Shown piece by piece: positions 1 to 10,195 of a stretch of DNA of 64,000 nucleotides. The notes below the pieces were generated by a model that was not told the DNA's origin, searched no databases, and saw only the letters and a program-made list of their open reading frames with translations. The stretch spans positions 704,001-768,000 of the forward strand of contig JBJMOW010000004.1 in the NCBI GenBank assembly GCA_045803545.1, given 5' to 3'. This stretch comes from Gemmatimonadaceae bacterium (GTDB lineage: Bacteria; Gemmatimonadota; Gemmatimonadetes; Gemmatimonadales; Gemmatimonadaceae). Each line of letters opens with the position of its first letter. Position 1 is the stretch's first letter. The position numbers and the translations under genes are program-made.

Positions 1-101
1 TGATCGCCGCGAGTGGATGCAGGAATGAACCCGACGTCATCGTTCGGCCCAGCCGCATATCCATCGAGACTGACAATCTCCTGCAGTATGACTTTTCTCA
101 T
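1..101 (-). CDS. Dihydrofolate reductase/RibD C-terminal family protein, 5' end only (runs off window)
   Basis: Hand translation MRKVILQEIVSLDGYAAGPNDD...; the SLDG motif is typical of this family; ATGA overlap with the stop of the upstream gene. Confidence 0.75.
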   Translation of the reverse strand, partial: MRKVILQEIVSLDGYAAGPNDDVGFIPASTRGD

Positions 102-499
102 TTGGCGCTTTCACTTCCGGTGATGGCGCTGACGTGGCCGGCAACTATCCGCCAACCACTATCACTCCTGCGCCAGATTCGTGTGTAACGAAACGGCCCG
201 CCAAAGTCTGCGCCCTGAAACGATCCGCGCATCTCCATGCGTACACTCACGACAGCGATCTCGCCGAAATCCTGAACGTGCTCCTCGCTCGGCTCGAGCT
301 TCGCAATTCGAATGACGCCCGCGCGATGCGCATCGAGGTCGTCGCGCTTCCCATAGATCAACCCGTCGGGTCCGGTGAACACGAGCGAGTCATCGAGCAG
401 TGTCTCTAGTGCCTCTATATCACCGCTCAGTTGCGCCCGCCTGAGAGTCGATTCGGCGGCGTGCACAGTGATTGCGGAAATGCCTGGGCTTGTCTGCAT
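98..499 (-). CDS. NTF2-like / DUF4440 domain protein
   Basis: 133 aa; GDIEALETLL...FTGPDG...RYTRIW...GWRIVAGHVS pattern. Confidence 0.8.
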   Translation of the reverse strand: MQTSPGISAITVHAAESTLRRAQLSGDIEALETLLDDSLVFTGPDGLIYGKRDDLDAHRAGVIRIAKLEPSEEHVQDFGEIAVVSVRMEMRGSFQGADFGGPFRYTRIWRRSDSGWRIVAGHVSAITGSESAK

Positions 500-615
500 T
501 TGCCATTCTAAAACGTTCCATGCGGGGACGGATAGTCCTTTACCGTTACCCGCCGTCGAGCCTCATCACGTTATCTATAGCACAGCCCCAATTCATCTCT
601 CAAAAGTCTCATTCA

Positions 616-3057
616 ATGATCCGATATTTGGTCGCTTTCGCGCTCGCAGCCTTTGCTTTTCTAGCTGTCCCTCGCGGAGGAGCTCAGACAACGACGTCGT
701 CGACAACCGGAGTCATCTCAGGGCGCGTTATCGACTCCGCCAGCAGCCAGCCGATCGGCCGCGCGGTCGTCGATGTCAGAAAAGCGGGAGCAACCGCAGT
801 TGTCGCGAGTGCGACCACAACCGACGACGGCTCGTTCCGCATCGAGGGTCTGGCCAGCGGTCGCTACACCATTCGAGTGCGCAGTGTTGGCTACACTCCT
901 CGACCTTTGGCGACCCTGGAAATCGGGTCGACGTTGCCAACCATCGATGTCGGCACCGTCTATCTCAACATGGCGCCGGTGCGACTCCAGTCGCTCAACG
1001 TCATCGGACAGAAGCAGGACGTTCAGCTGGCGCCTGACCGCAACACCTATGTCGTACACGACATGCCGACCACCCGCGGTGGTACCGCGCTCGACGTGCT
1101 GCGCAACGTGCCGTCGGTCGATGTCGATATCGACAACATCGTGAGCCTGCGCGGGAACAGTGGTGTCGTCGTTCAGATCAACGGACGACCCAGCCCGATG
1201 AAGCCGCAGCAGCTCGGCAATTTCCTGTCTCAGCTTCCGGCCGACGTAGTCGACAAAGTCGAGGTTGTCACCAACCCATCGGCGCGTGACGATCCCGAAG
1301 GCGCGGCCGGAATCATCAACATCGTGCTCAAGGAAAAGCCGGAGTCGCAGCGCAGCGGAGGAGTCACCGTCGGCGTCGGGACGCGCGGCCACGTCGACGC
1401 CGGTGCAAACGTCGGGCTCGAGCAAAGCCCGCTGTCGTTCTACGGGAGTTACGGTTTCATGCGCGAGAATCGGCTGCGGCGGGATTCGGTGTTTCGTGAA
1501 GACCTGCAGCCAGATCCGGCGCCTTTTCTCTCCGAATCGGGCAAGCGCACCCAGCTGCCGCTCGCCCACACCGTAACAGCGAATATCGATTACGCCGCGA
1601 GTCAGCACGATGCGGTTTCGTTCGAAGCGGTCTACAGCGGCCGCAATCAGGAGGAAACCTACAACGTTCTCTATCGCAGCCTCAATTCGTCGAGACAGCT
1701 CGTCGGATTCAGCGATCGATACACCGAAGGGCCGAGTCACGAGTTCAATTCCGAATCGGCGCTATCGTACAAGCACAGCTTCGCCGACAAGGGACACAAG
1801 CTGTCGAGTGAGCTGAGACTGGTTGCCGACGGTGAAGGCGGACCGACCAGCATTCTCCAGGAAGAACTCGCGCTCGACGGGAGCAGCATCGACACTACGG
1901 CGCACGAGCATCAAACGCCGTGGGAGCGCCCGCGCGAGTACTCATTCAAAACCGATTACGTGCGACCCCTATCGAACGCGATGCGCTTCGAGGGCGGATA
2001 CAAGGGCTCGTTGCTGCGAATCCACACGACTCTCGACACCGACGTCTTCGATACGACGAGCGGCAGCTTCATCGTCGATCCAGCTCGCACGAGCGACTTC
2101 ACCTATCGACAGCTGGTGAACGCCGGCTACGCGCAGCTCGGAGGCGAAAGCGGCAAGTACCAATTTCAGGGCGGATTGCGCGTCGAACGTGCGGCAACCC
2201 GATTCAACATAGCCAACACTGGCGCGTCTTACGACAATCCGTACAACAGCTTCTTCCCGAGTGGACTGATCGCCTACCACATCGACGACGCGCAGCAGGT
2301 GAAGCTGAGTTACTCAACCCGCATTCGGCGTCCCGACGACGTGGATATCCTCGATCCCACGCCGCACCAGCTCGATCCGCTGAACATTTCCGTCGGCAAT
2401 CCAGGTCTGCAGCCCGAGTACATCCGCTCCTTGGAGCTTGGTTTCCAGCGCTCCGATGACCATGCGACGGTGCAGGTTACGCCGTTCTATCGGCACACCC
2501 TGAACGCGATCCGGACTATCCGCACTCTCGACAACAACGGCGTTTCGACGAGAACGTTCGCGAACGTCGCCAGCATCGACGCCTACGGCACCGACGTCAC
2601 GATCTCGATGACTGGCAGCAAGCTGAGTGGATTCGCCAGTGCAAGTGGGTTTCACCAGGCCAGCGATGCCGCGAATCTCTCCCCTGGTTTCTCGGCGAGC
2701 ACCTTCGGTTGGAACGCGCGCACCAACCTGATGGCGCGGCTGTCGCCAACCGTTGATCTGCAGGCCCTCGTGTCATACCAGGCCCCGATGACGGTGGAGC
2801 AGGGGAAGAACGCCGCGCGCATGCGCGTCAGTCTCGCCCTCCGCCAGAAGCTGATGAACGATCAGATGAACCTGACACTCCGTGTGCTCGATCCGTTCAA
2901 TACTTCACTCGAGCGGAACACGACCGTCGATCCGAATTTCACGCAGCTGTCGGACCGTCGCCGCGTGGTGCGCGGGCTTCAGATCAACGCGACGTGGCTG
3001 TTCGGACACGTGAATAAGGAGAACGACAAGATCGATTTGAACGAAACCGGAGGCTGA
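616..3057 (+). CDS. TonB-dependent outer membrane receptor with N-terminal carboxypeptidase-regulatory-like domain
   Basis: Signal peptide MIRYLVAFALAA; plug motifs LRNVPSV, LRG, VEVVTNPSAR, GIINIVLK; GNPGLQPE barrel motif; start moved to ATG 616. Confidence 0.9.
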   Translation: MIRYLVAFALAAFAFLAVPRGGAQTTTSSTTGVISGRVIDSASSQPIGRAVVDVRKAGATAVVASATTTDDGSFRIEGLASGRYTIRVRSVGYTPRPLATLEIGSTLPTIDVGTVYLNMAPVRLQSLNVIGQKQDVQLAPDRNTYVVHDMPTTRGGTALDVLRNVPSVDVDIDNIVSLRGNSGVVVQINGRPSPMKPQQLGNFLSQLPADVVDKVEVVTNPSARDDPEGAAGIINIVLKEKPESQRSGGVTVGVGTRGHVDAGANVGLEQSPLSFYGSYGFMRENRLRRDSVFREDLQPDPAPFLSESGKRTQLPLAHTVTANIDYAASQHDAVSFEAVYSGRNQEETYNVLYRSLNSSRQLVGFSDRYTEGPSHEFNSESALSYKHSFADKGHKLSSELRLVADGEGGPTSILQEELALDGSSIDTTAHEHQTPWERPREYSFKTDYVRPLSNAMRFEGGYKGSLLRIHTTLDTDVFDTTSGSFIVDPARTSDFTYRQLVNAGYAQLGGESGKYQFQGGLRVERAATRFNIANTGASYDNPYNSFFPSGLIAYHIDDAQQVKLSYSTRIRRPDDVDILDPTPHQLDPLNISVGNPGLQPEYIRSLELGFQRSDDHATVQVTPFYRHTLNAIRTIRTLDNNGVSTRTFANVASIDAYGTDVTISMTGSKLSGFASASGFHQASDAANLSPGFSASTFGWNARTNLMARLSPTVDLQALVSYQAPMTVEQGKNAARMRVSLALRQKLMNDQMNLTLRVLDPFNTSLERNTTVDPNFTQLSDRRRVVRGLQINATWLFGHVNKENDKIDLNETGG

Positions 3058-4641
3058 TCAGCGCGTCCGCGGCGGCGGCACGAATCGCTGCGACGCGAGC
3101 TGGTAAGAGTGAGCCAGTGCGAGCACTCGCGCGTCGGTGCCAGGCAAGCCAACAAAAGAAATATTCCCGACTGGCATGCCGTCGGCGCCAAGTCCTGATG
3201 GGACGGAGACTTCAGGCAATCCCATCCAGTTGCCATAGCCAAGTGGCGTACGAATGTCAGGCCATTTGTCGACGGCGCGCGGAGCAGGGTACGGCATGGT
3301 CGGATAGATCATCGCATCAATGTTCTGCGCGCGGAAAGCATCAGCGAGTTGTGCGACGACGGTTGCGCGCGAGCGCGCGAATGACAGTCCGGTGCCATCT
3401 TCTTCGTATGGCTGCAGGATCAGCTTCGCCATCTCGGTCCAATCCTTGGGCAACACATCGTAGAACGACTGATAAGGCGCGAGTCCGCGCGCGGCGTCTC
3501 TTCGCGCGCCATCGCCGTGAGTCAGGAAGTAGCGGTAAAACGCGTTCGCGGTCGGCGCAGCAGCGTAGGCATTGGGTGCGAGATCACCACGCGCCTTCGC
3601 CGCATTCGCAAAGAAGTCGCGGAAATTCACGCGCGTCACCGGCGCGTTGAATACATCGACGACCGCGCCCGCGAGTTTGAGATCGGCCACCGCCCGCTCG
3701 AACACAGAGATCGATTCCGCAGACATCTGTGCACGCGGAAAATGGGCCTCGACCAGACCGAGCCGCGCACCCTGCAGCGCACGATCGTTGAGCTGAGTCA
3801 ACCGTCCACGATTCCACGGCGTCCGGAGAGCGAGTCCGTCCGACGGATCCGGCCTGGCAATCGCGTCGAGCAACAGCGCGGCATCAGCGACGTTGCGCGC
3901 CAACGGGCCGTGAGTGTCGAGATAAGGCCAGGTCGGAATCACGCCGGTACGTGGAACCAAACCGAAGGTCGGCTTCATTCCGACCACTCCAGTGAATTGC
4001 GCCGGAATGCGATTCGATCCGCCGTCGTCGGTGCCGAGCGCGGCGAAGGCGATTCCCGTCGCGACCGACACCGCAGATCCGGCGCTCGAGCCGCCCGGAG
4101 TTTTCGTCCCGGTTCTGTCGTATGGATTGAGGACCTGTCCCGTCAGCGAGCTGGTGCCGTTGCCGTGATAGGCGAAATCGTCAGCCGCGGTTTTGCCGAG
4201 CACCACCGCGCCGGCAGCGCGCATCCGCGCGACCTCGATCGAATCGCGATGCACCGCCTGCGGGAACAACCTGGACCAGTCGAGATTCGATCCTGTCGTC
4301 GGCAATCCATCCATGTCGTAGATCGCTTTCGCGAAAACCGGGACACCATCGAGCGGGCCGCGTAGTGCGTGGCGATGCAGCCGCGCGTCTGAGGCACGCG
4401 CGTCGTCCAGTGCTGCGTGCGATAGCTCGTCAATAGCATGTAACGCCCGACCCACCGCGCTCGCGCGGTCCAGCGCCGCCTTCGTTACTTCCAACGCCGT
4501 CCAGTCGCCACGAACGCGCCCAGCCTGATACTCCGCGATCGTTCCCGCGAGCGGATCGGTGACTGTCTCCGGCCAGCGGAGAAGCGGAATCGCGAACAGC
4601 GCGCCTAATTCGCGGAGAGCTTCGCGTCGGGAAATGCCCAT
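3058..4641 (-). CDS. Amidase signature family protein, probable Tat substrate
   Basis: GPLDGVPVFAK, PGGSSAGS and GTDDGGSNRIP motifs; N-terminal SRREAL twin-arginine. Confidence 0.88.
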   Translation of the reverse strand: MGISRREALRELGALFAIPLLRWPETVTDPLAGTIAEYQAGRVRGDWTALEVTKAALDRASAVGRALHAIDELSHAALDDARASDARLHRHALRGPLDGVPVFAKAIYDMDGLPTTGSNLDWSRLFPQAVHRDSIEVARMRAAGAVVLGKTAADDFAYHGNGTSSLTGQVLNPYDRTGTKTPGGSSAGSAVSVATGIAFAALGTDDGGSNRIPAQFTGVVGMKPTFGLVPRTGVIPTWPYLDTHGPLARNVADAALLLDAIARPDPSDGLALRTPWNRGRLTQLNDRALQGARLGLVEAHFPRAQMSAESISVFERAVADLKLAGAVVDVFNAPVTRVNFRDFFANAAKARGDLAPNAYAAAPTANAFYRYFLTHGDGARRDAARGLAPYQSFYDVLPKDWTEMAKLILQPYEEDGTGLSFARSRATVVAQLADAFRAQNIDAMIYPTMPYPAPRAVDKWPDIRTPLGYGNWMGLPEVSVPSGLGADGMPVGNISFVGLPGTDARVLALAHSYQLASQRFVPPPRTR

Positions 4642-4727
4642 GATCGGTCGATACTGGTGGTCTCGGAAAAACAATGATACGCTACCGATCTGTGATCCGA
4701 AATCCGCAACGAGTCTCACCCGTCGGG

Positions 4728-5894
4728 ATGTACAAGCGCAGACTGATCGCAATAATCGTCAGCGTGTTCGCGCTCGCAGGATCAGTGAACGCGCAGACAC
4801 CATCGCCATCCGTGAGCACCGGGTTCGGCGTGGACACCACCATCACGGATGTGCGCAATATCGTCTCGCTCGTGCGCGCTTACCTCGCCAAGCCGGATAC
4901 GACGGCGCGCTCCCGAGGATTGTGGACCACGTCGACCGAGTTCGATCGGCGCGTGGGTGACGCAACTTTGTTTCAGGCCTATGAGGGATTTCCGGCGACG
5001 GTCGTCGGTGTGCTGTCGACACCGGACGAGGGCGTGTACGTGGTGAGGATGCTTTACGCACGTGCCGATTCGACGGGAGCTGCCGCGCCGCTCGCGCTGC
5101 AGCGACTTTACGCCATTCGCGACCCCAGCGCTCGCTTCGGATTCAAACTCGCCAGCGCGCTGCCACGGGTCACGAGGCATTGGCAACAGCGCAGCGCCGG
5201 TCCGATCACTTTTGTCTACGCGCCCGGACAATCGCCCAACCAGGCGCGCATCGACAGCGTAGCGCGCTTCGTGGATTCGGTCGCCAGAATGTTCGGCGTC
5301 CCCCAGCCCCCGCACCTCGATGTAATAGTGGGACAGTCGATGGACGACGTTCTGCGCGCGATCGGTCTCGATTTTTACCCGGAGCCTTCCGGACCCGGCC
5401 AGCGCAGTGGTGGCCGGAACCTCGGCTCGATCTTACTCGTCGGTAATCCGCAAATCGGCGAGGCCTATTACCACGAATTCGTCCACGCCATACTCGGCCC
5501 GCACATCCGCGCTGGTACACGGTTGCTAAGCGAAGGTGTTGCGACGTGGCTCGGTGGCTCGCGCGGTCGATCAGCTCGAGAGGTCTACGCTGCAGTGCGG
5601 CAATATCAGCGCGCCGATTCGACGTTGAGCCTGTCGAGACTTTATCGCACAGGCTTTGAAGATGATGACCCGCTGCGCCAGTCAGATCTCATCTACGGCA
5701 GTGGTGCGTTGATCGCGAACGCCGTCTACCAGAAGCGTGGTATTACTGGCCTGCGCGATCTCTATCAGGCGGGTGGCGATGCAGAATCAATGCTTCGCAC
5801 AATCTCAACCGCCCTCGGACTTCCTCCCAACGATCCCGGCGCGCTCGACCGATGGTGGCGCGCCGAAGCTGCTCGCGCCGCTACGCTTCCCTGA
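4728..5894 (+). CDS. Secreted protein with HExxH gluzincin-like motif (peptidase MA-like)
   Basis: Signal peptide; YYHEFVH followed by LSEGVATWL. Confidence 0.6.
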   Translation: MYKRRLIAIIVSVFALAGSVNAQTPSPSVSTGFGVDTTITDVRNIVSLVRAYLAKPDTTARSRGLWTTSTEFDRRVGDATLFQAYEGFPATVVGVLSTPDEGVYVVRMLYARADSTGAAAPLALQRLYAIRDPSARFGFKLASALPRVTRHWQQRSAGPITFVYAPGQSPNQARIDSVARFVDSVARMFGVPQPPHLDVIVGQSMDDVLRAIGLDFYPEPSGPGQRSGGRNLGSILLVGNPQIGEAYYHEFVHAILGPHIRAGTRLLSEGVATWLGGSRGRSAREVYAAVRQYQRADSTLSLSRLYRTGFEDDDPLRQSDLIYGSGALIANAVYQKRGITGLRDLYQAGGDAESMLRTISTALGLPPNDPGALDRWWRAEAARAATLP

Positions 5895-6351
5895 CCAGCT
5901 GCTGGTCGAGGAGCCTGGTGCAGGCGGCCGCCAACGCAGACGTGCTGTACTGCGAGCCATCGCCCGCCCGCCAAACGGTCTCGCTGGATGGGTTCTCGAT
6001 CGGATGAACGACCATCTCGCTAACAACAGTCGCGCCCTCCCGTCTCTTCGGCGCACCACGACGCGAGACGACGCCACGCCAGACGACTACGCGCAACTCA
6101 CCGAGCGACGGGTCGTTCGCTGCACCGGAGAACCACGACACGCTCAGCGCCGCCTTCTCTGCCTGTAGCACGCAACCGTTCGGCGTGCGATGCTGCTCGA
6201 CCGGACCGTGCGGCCTCTCGTTCAGCTTGAGACCGCGCTCAGGTGCCAGATGATCGAGCAAAGCGGTGACTGCGCGTTGGATGACGCCCCTGGACTTCAA
6301 CGTGGGCGGAGAGTTCCAGATTGTCGCGGATCGTTCGTCCGGAGTTTTCAT
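5881..6351 (-). CDS. Hypothetical protein
   Basis: 156 aa ORF filling the gap, with plausible globular composition. Confidence 0.55.
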   Translation of the reverse strand: MKTPDERSATIWNSPPTLKSRGVIQRAVTALLDHLAPERGLKLNERPHGPVEQHRTPNGCVLQAEKAALSVSWFSGAANDPSLGELRVVVWRGVVSRRGAPKRREGATVVSEMVVHPIENPSSETVWRAGDGSQYSTSALAAACTRLLDQQLVREA

Positions 6352-6464
6352 TTTGTAATGGTGTGTTCGTGGTAGGCTGCCGATCAATTTTGGGACCAGC
6401 AGCGTACCATGAACTTACCAGATTACACGTCCGAATGCGCGGTTCTGCGCTCTCTCGCGCGCGA

Positions 6465-7730
6465 TTATCCCTCGTCGATGTCGCCCAACGCCTCTGCGGC
6501 CGCCTTACGGACTTCGGGATCGCGATCATTGAGTGCTTTTGTGATCGCCTGAACCGCCGGGGCGCTCTTGATCTTGCCCAGCGCTTCGACTGCATCCTTT
6601 CGCAGCTCGGCGTCAGGGCTCGACAAAATTCCAATAATCGCCGACGTCGTCGACGGATCGGCAATGTTGGCAAGCGCCTTCGACGCGCGATAACGCAGCT
6701 CAGGATCATTCGCGGACAGCGCCGCGGTCAAACCAGGAGGCGCAACGTGCACATCGTCGAGATCGCCGAGAGCCTCGGCTGCTGCGCGGCGCACTTCGAC
6801 GTTGTCATCGGACAAGGCCTTGCCAAGGGCATCTGCCGATGTCGGCGAGCTGATCTTGCCCAGCGAAGAGGCTGCTTCCGAGCGCACTTTTGCGTCTGCG
6901 TCACTCGAGAGCGCCCTCTCGAGCGGTCCAATTGCATCCGCCTTCTCGAAACGACCGAGCACTTCGGCCGACATCGCCCTAACCAACGGATTCTGATCAC
7001 GGAGTACTGCTACGACGTCCGGCAACGCACGCGCATCCTCGAGCTGGCCAAGTGCCCACATCGCCGACAGTCGGACCTGGGTGTCACCGGTGCGAACGAG
7101 CCTGGTCAACGCCGGCTCCGACGCCTTATCCTCGAGCTCGCCAAGCGCCCACGCTGCCATTGCCGCGACGGCGGGAGTGCGATCATCGAGCGCGCGTACC
7201 AGAGCGGGAATCGCGTCACGATGTTCGCCGTTGCCAGCCGCCAACGCCGCCGACTCTCGCACGTTCGCCGACGCGTCGGTCAACAGAGCATTCAGCCGCG
7301 CAGCGGAGATCGTACTGTTGCCAAGCATCTTGCTCGCGACTCGACGCGTGCACGCGTTCGGCCCATCGAGCTCGGCAACCAGTCTGTTGATTGCACGAGG
7401 ATCGGTGATGGTGCCGCCGATCGAGTCCTTGGCGACTCTTGCTGTCGCTGAGGCTCCGGACAGACGGCCGACCCCGTATCTATCGCCGCCCCACCAGAAA
7501 TTTCCGATCTGATCTGCGATCAGCTCGCACACGACCGGATCGGTGTGTCCCAATGCATCGATCATGATTGCGACGCGACCGGAATCAGCACCAGGGCGAC
7601 TTTTCTCCCAGTCGTGATCCGCGTTGATTGGCGCAGGCGTGGAAGTCGGATTCATTGTCACAGCTGCGCCAATCGCGCCTGCCCCGATCACGCCGGAGAC
7701 GAGTACTACTGTAATCGCGCGCATGATCAT
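6465..7730 (-). CDS. HEAT (PBS-lyase-like) repeat protein with N-terminal signal/anchor
   Basis: Repeated 'D....VR..AA.ALG.L' units; ATGA overlap with upstream gene. Confidence 0.88.
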   Translation of the reverse strand: MIMRAITVVLVSGVIGAGAIGAAVTMNPTSTPAPINADHDWEKSRPGADSGRVAIMIDALGHTDPVVCELIADQIGNFWWGGDRYGVGRLSGASATARVAKDSIGGTITDPRAINRLVAELDGPNACTRRVASKMLGNSTISAARLNALLTDASANVRESAALAAGNGEHRDAIPALVRALDDRTPAVAAMAAWALGELEDKASEPALTRLVRTGDTQVRLSAMWALGQLEDARALPDVVAVLRDQNPLVRAMSAEVLGRFEKADAIGPLERALSSDADAKVRSEAASSLGKISSPTSADALGKALSDDNVEVRRAAAEALGDLDDVHVAPPGLTAALSANDPELRYRASKALANIADPSTTSAIIGILSSPDAELRKDAVEALGKIKSAPAVQAITKALNDRDPEVRKAAAEALGDIDEG

Positions 7731-9790
7731 GGTTTCCTCTCGCCGAGCGCTTCGGCTGCGGCGCGGCGCACCTTGGCGTCCTTTGAGGTGAGTGCCGCGC
7801 GCAGCGCGTCGTAGGCGGCGTTATCGGCAATGTTGCCGAGCGCATCGACTGCGCTCTCGCGCACATCTGCGTTCGGATCGTCGAGCATGCGGCGCAGGGT
7901 TGGAATCGCGCCGATTACTGAGCGGTCGCCGGCCAGGTGCGCGGCCTTCTGGCGAACGTCAGCGTCCTTGTCGCGCATCAGCATCAACAAAGTCGTTTCA
8001 TTCATCGGGGCTTTGAGCTGCTCGATCGCGTTGATCGCTTCCTGACGAACGTCGGCGTTTGCATCTGATAACGCCGGCACGACCGCCGCTGCTCCCGACG
8101 GATCGCCCAGCTCACCAATCGCTTCGATCGCTGCTCCGCGAACATCGGAAGATGGATCACCGACCAGCTTCGCCAGTGCGCCGATCGCTGACCGATCGTG
8201 TAGCCGTCCCGCCATGTGTGCGGCATTGTGGCGCACGTCAGCATCGGGGTCGCTCAGCAGCCGCACAATTGGCGCGGCTGGGATCTGCTGATCCTCGAAG
8301 TGCGACAGTGCGTCGAGAGCGTTCTTTCTGACTTCGGTCGATTGGTCATTCAACAGATCGGCGAGCGGCGCGACCGCGCGGGTGTCCTCGAGCTCGCCCA
8401 ACGCATCGGCGGCGGACGCGCGAACTTTCTCATCGCGGTCCTTGAGCGCGCCAATCAGTCCGGGCACTGCGCGCGAATCCTTGAGATGACCCAGCGAGCG
8501 CGCCGCGGCGCTGCGTACTTCAGCGTTCTCGTCGTCGAGACGCGCGATGAGCGCGCCCACCACGCCGGTGTCGGCGCCAGTGTCCTGGCGAGCGATTGCC
8601 TTGAGCGCGGCAACTGTCGGGACGCCAGCAGGCGGCGAGCCAGGTGTCTTCGCGTCGTCGACATTGGCGGGAACAGGACTGCCGAGGTTTTGCACTTGCC
8701 TGGCGAGCAAGCTGCCCGTTTTGCCGGAGACGCCGGGCGCGACGAGGGTCGTCGCGATCAGAACGGCCACGGCTGCCACGGCCAGTCCGCGACGCGAGCG
8801 ATTGGTCGGCTTCACACCGTCAACAAGCCTCGCGACTCGCGATACGAGCAGCGATCGCTCTTCGGCCATACCAGCGACGGGGACGCCGAGTGGCGATGCC
8901 TGAATCCATTCCGCGACCTGTGCGAGACAACGCGCGAGCGCGTCACCCGAGCCAGTGCGACGGACTGCCCAGTCATCAGCGAGAAACTCGGCGGATGTCG
9001 CGATCTCACGATTGGCGACACGGTTCAGAGGCTGAATCCAGAAGACCCGCTCGATCAAACTGCCGGCGACGAGCCAGATCGGATCGCGGCGAGCGAGGTG
9101 CGCGAGCTCGTGCGCGAGCAGGCTGCGCTGTTGTTCGGTGTCGAGATCGGTGAGCGCGGTCTCCGGTACGCAGATCTCACCGATACCGAATGCGACAGGG
9201 CTGGAGATGCGCGACGTGCAAGTAAGCCGTGGCGTGCGACGCAGTCCTGCTGCGCCCGCGAGCTCGGTAAGCGAATCGAGCATCGGACCATCGGGCAAAT
9301 CGCGACGATCGCCGAGTCTGCCGACGAGAATCAGTCGGCGTGCGACGTAGGCCATGCCGAGGGTGAGGGCGATGACGCCCCAGATGAGAACGGCGAGGGC
9401 GGCGGCGGGAAGCGGGAAGCGGGAAGCGGGAGTCGGCGCCTGCGGGGGTGCTGCGCTCGCGGGAGTAGTCAGCACGGGTTGAGTCGACGCCTGCCCGATC
9501 TCGGTTCCACTGGTGACCGTAGGCTGCGTCGCTCTTATCGCTTCCCGCTTCCCGCTTCCCGCTTCCCGCCGTTCCAGCATAATCGTTCCCGCCGGCCGCA
9601 CATCGAGCCACTGCTGGGCGCTGGCGGTGATGATCGCGCCGACCATTGCCGTCTTCCATAGCAGCTCCGACGCGCCCGGTGACCAGTGGCGCGCTCGCAC
9701 CAGCAGCCAGGCGAGCGAGAACAGAAAGGTGCTATGGATGGCGTAGGTGAGCAGCCAGGCAAGCGCGGTGGATGAAAAGGTGCTGGTCAT
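7727..9790 (-). CDS. M56 (BlaR1/MecR1-like) membrane metallopeptidase fused to C-terminal HEAT repeats
   Basis: TM segments, HELAHLARRD zinc motif, EFLADDWAV, then about 9 HEAT repeats. Confidence 0.88.
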   Translation of the reverse strand: MTSTFSSTALAWLLTYAIHSTFLFSLAWLLVRARHWSPGASELLWKTAMVGAIITASAQQWLDVRPAGTIMLERREAGSGKREAIRATQPTVTSGTEIGQASTQPVLTTPASAAPPQAPTPASRFPLPAAALAVLIWGVIALTLGMAYVARRLILVGRLGDRRDLPDGPMLDSLTELAGAAGLRRTPRLTCTSRISSPVAFGIGEICVPETALTDLDTEQQRSLLAHELAHLARRDPIWLVAGSLIERVFWIQPLNRVANREIATSAEFLADDWAVRRTGSGDALARCLAQVAEWIQASPLGVPVAGMAEERSLLVSRVARLVDGVKPTNRSRRGLAVAAVAVLIATTLVAPGVSGKTGSLLARQVQNLGSPVPANVDDAKTPGSPPAGVPTVAALKAIARQDTGADTGVVGALIARLDDENAEVRSAAARSLGHLKDSRAVPGLIGALKDRDEKVRASAADALGELEDTRAVAPLADLLNDQSTEVRKNALDALSHFEDQQIPAAPIVRLLSDPDADVRHNAAHMAGRLHDRSAIGALAKLVGDPSSDVRGAAIEAIGELGDPSGAAAVVPALSDANADVRQEAINAIEQLKAPMNETTLLMLMRDKDADVRQKAAHLAGDRSVIGAIPTLRRMLDDPNADVRESAVDALGNIADNAAYDALRAALTSKDAKVRRAAAEALGERKP
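9403..9571. repeat. Inverted pair of (GCGGGAA)n heptamer arrays inside the M56 gene
   Basis: 9403-9431 and 9543-9571 are exact 29-bp reverse complements; they encode REAGSGKRE and SRFPLPA. Confidence 0.9.
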
Positions 9791-10179
9791 GCGGTCTCTC
9801 CCGTTCGGGGGCGAATGTCTTTGATCATCTTCCTTACGCGTGCGAGGTCGCCAGGAGTCATGTCACGATCGGAAAGCAGGTGACTGACCAGTGCGGTGAC
9901 GTCGCCGGCAAACAGCCGCTCGGTGAGCTCGCTCACCATTGAATGCTGGACATCGGGCTCAGTGACGAGAGCGCGGTAGACGAACTGCCTGTCCTTGGTT
10001 CGTCGCGCGAGAATGCGCCGTCGCTGTAGTCTCGCAACGATCGTCGCGATGGTGGTCTGCGCCAGCTTTCGCTCGGCGTACAGTTGCTCCCATATCTGGG
10101 CGACGGTCAGCTCGCCCTGGTCCCAGAGCAGGCGGAGGATCGATATCTGTAACTCGGTCAGGGGCTGGCGGTCGGGCAT
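9787..10179 (-). CDS. BlaI/MecI/CopY family transcriptional repressor
   Basis: LTELQISILRLLW...LAQTTIATIVARL...LTERLFAGD; adjacent to the M56 gene. Confidence 0.92.
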   Translation of the reverse strand: MPDRQPLTELQISILRLLWDQGELTVAQIWEQLYAERKLAQTTIATIVARLQRRRILARRTKDRQFVYRALVTEPDVQHSMVSELTERLFAGDVTALVSHLLSDRDMTPGDLARVRKMIKDIRPRTGETA

Positions 10180-10195
10180 CGTTTTGTGGCTCGGG

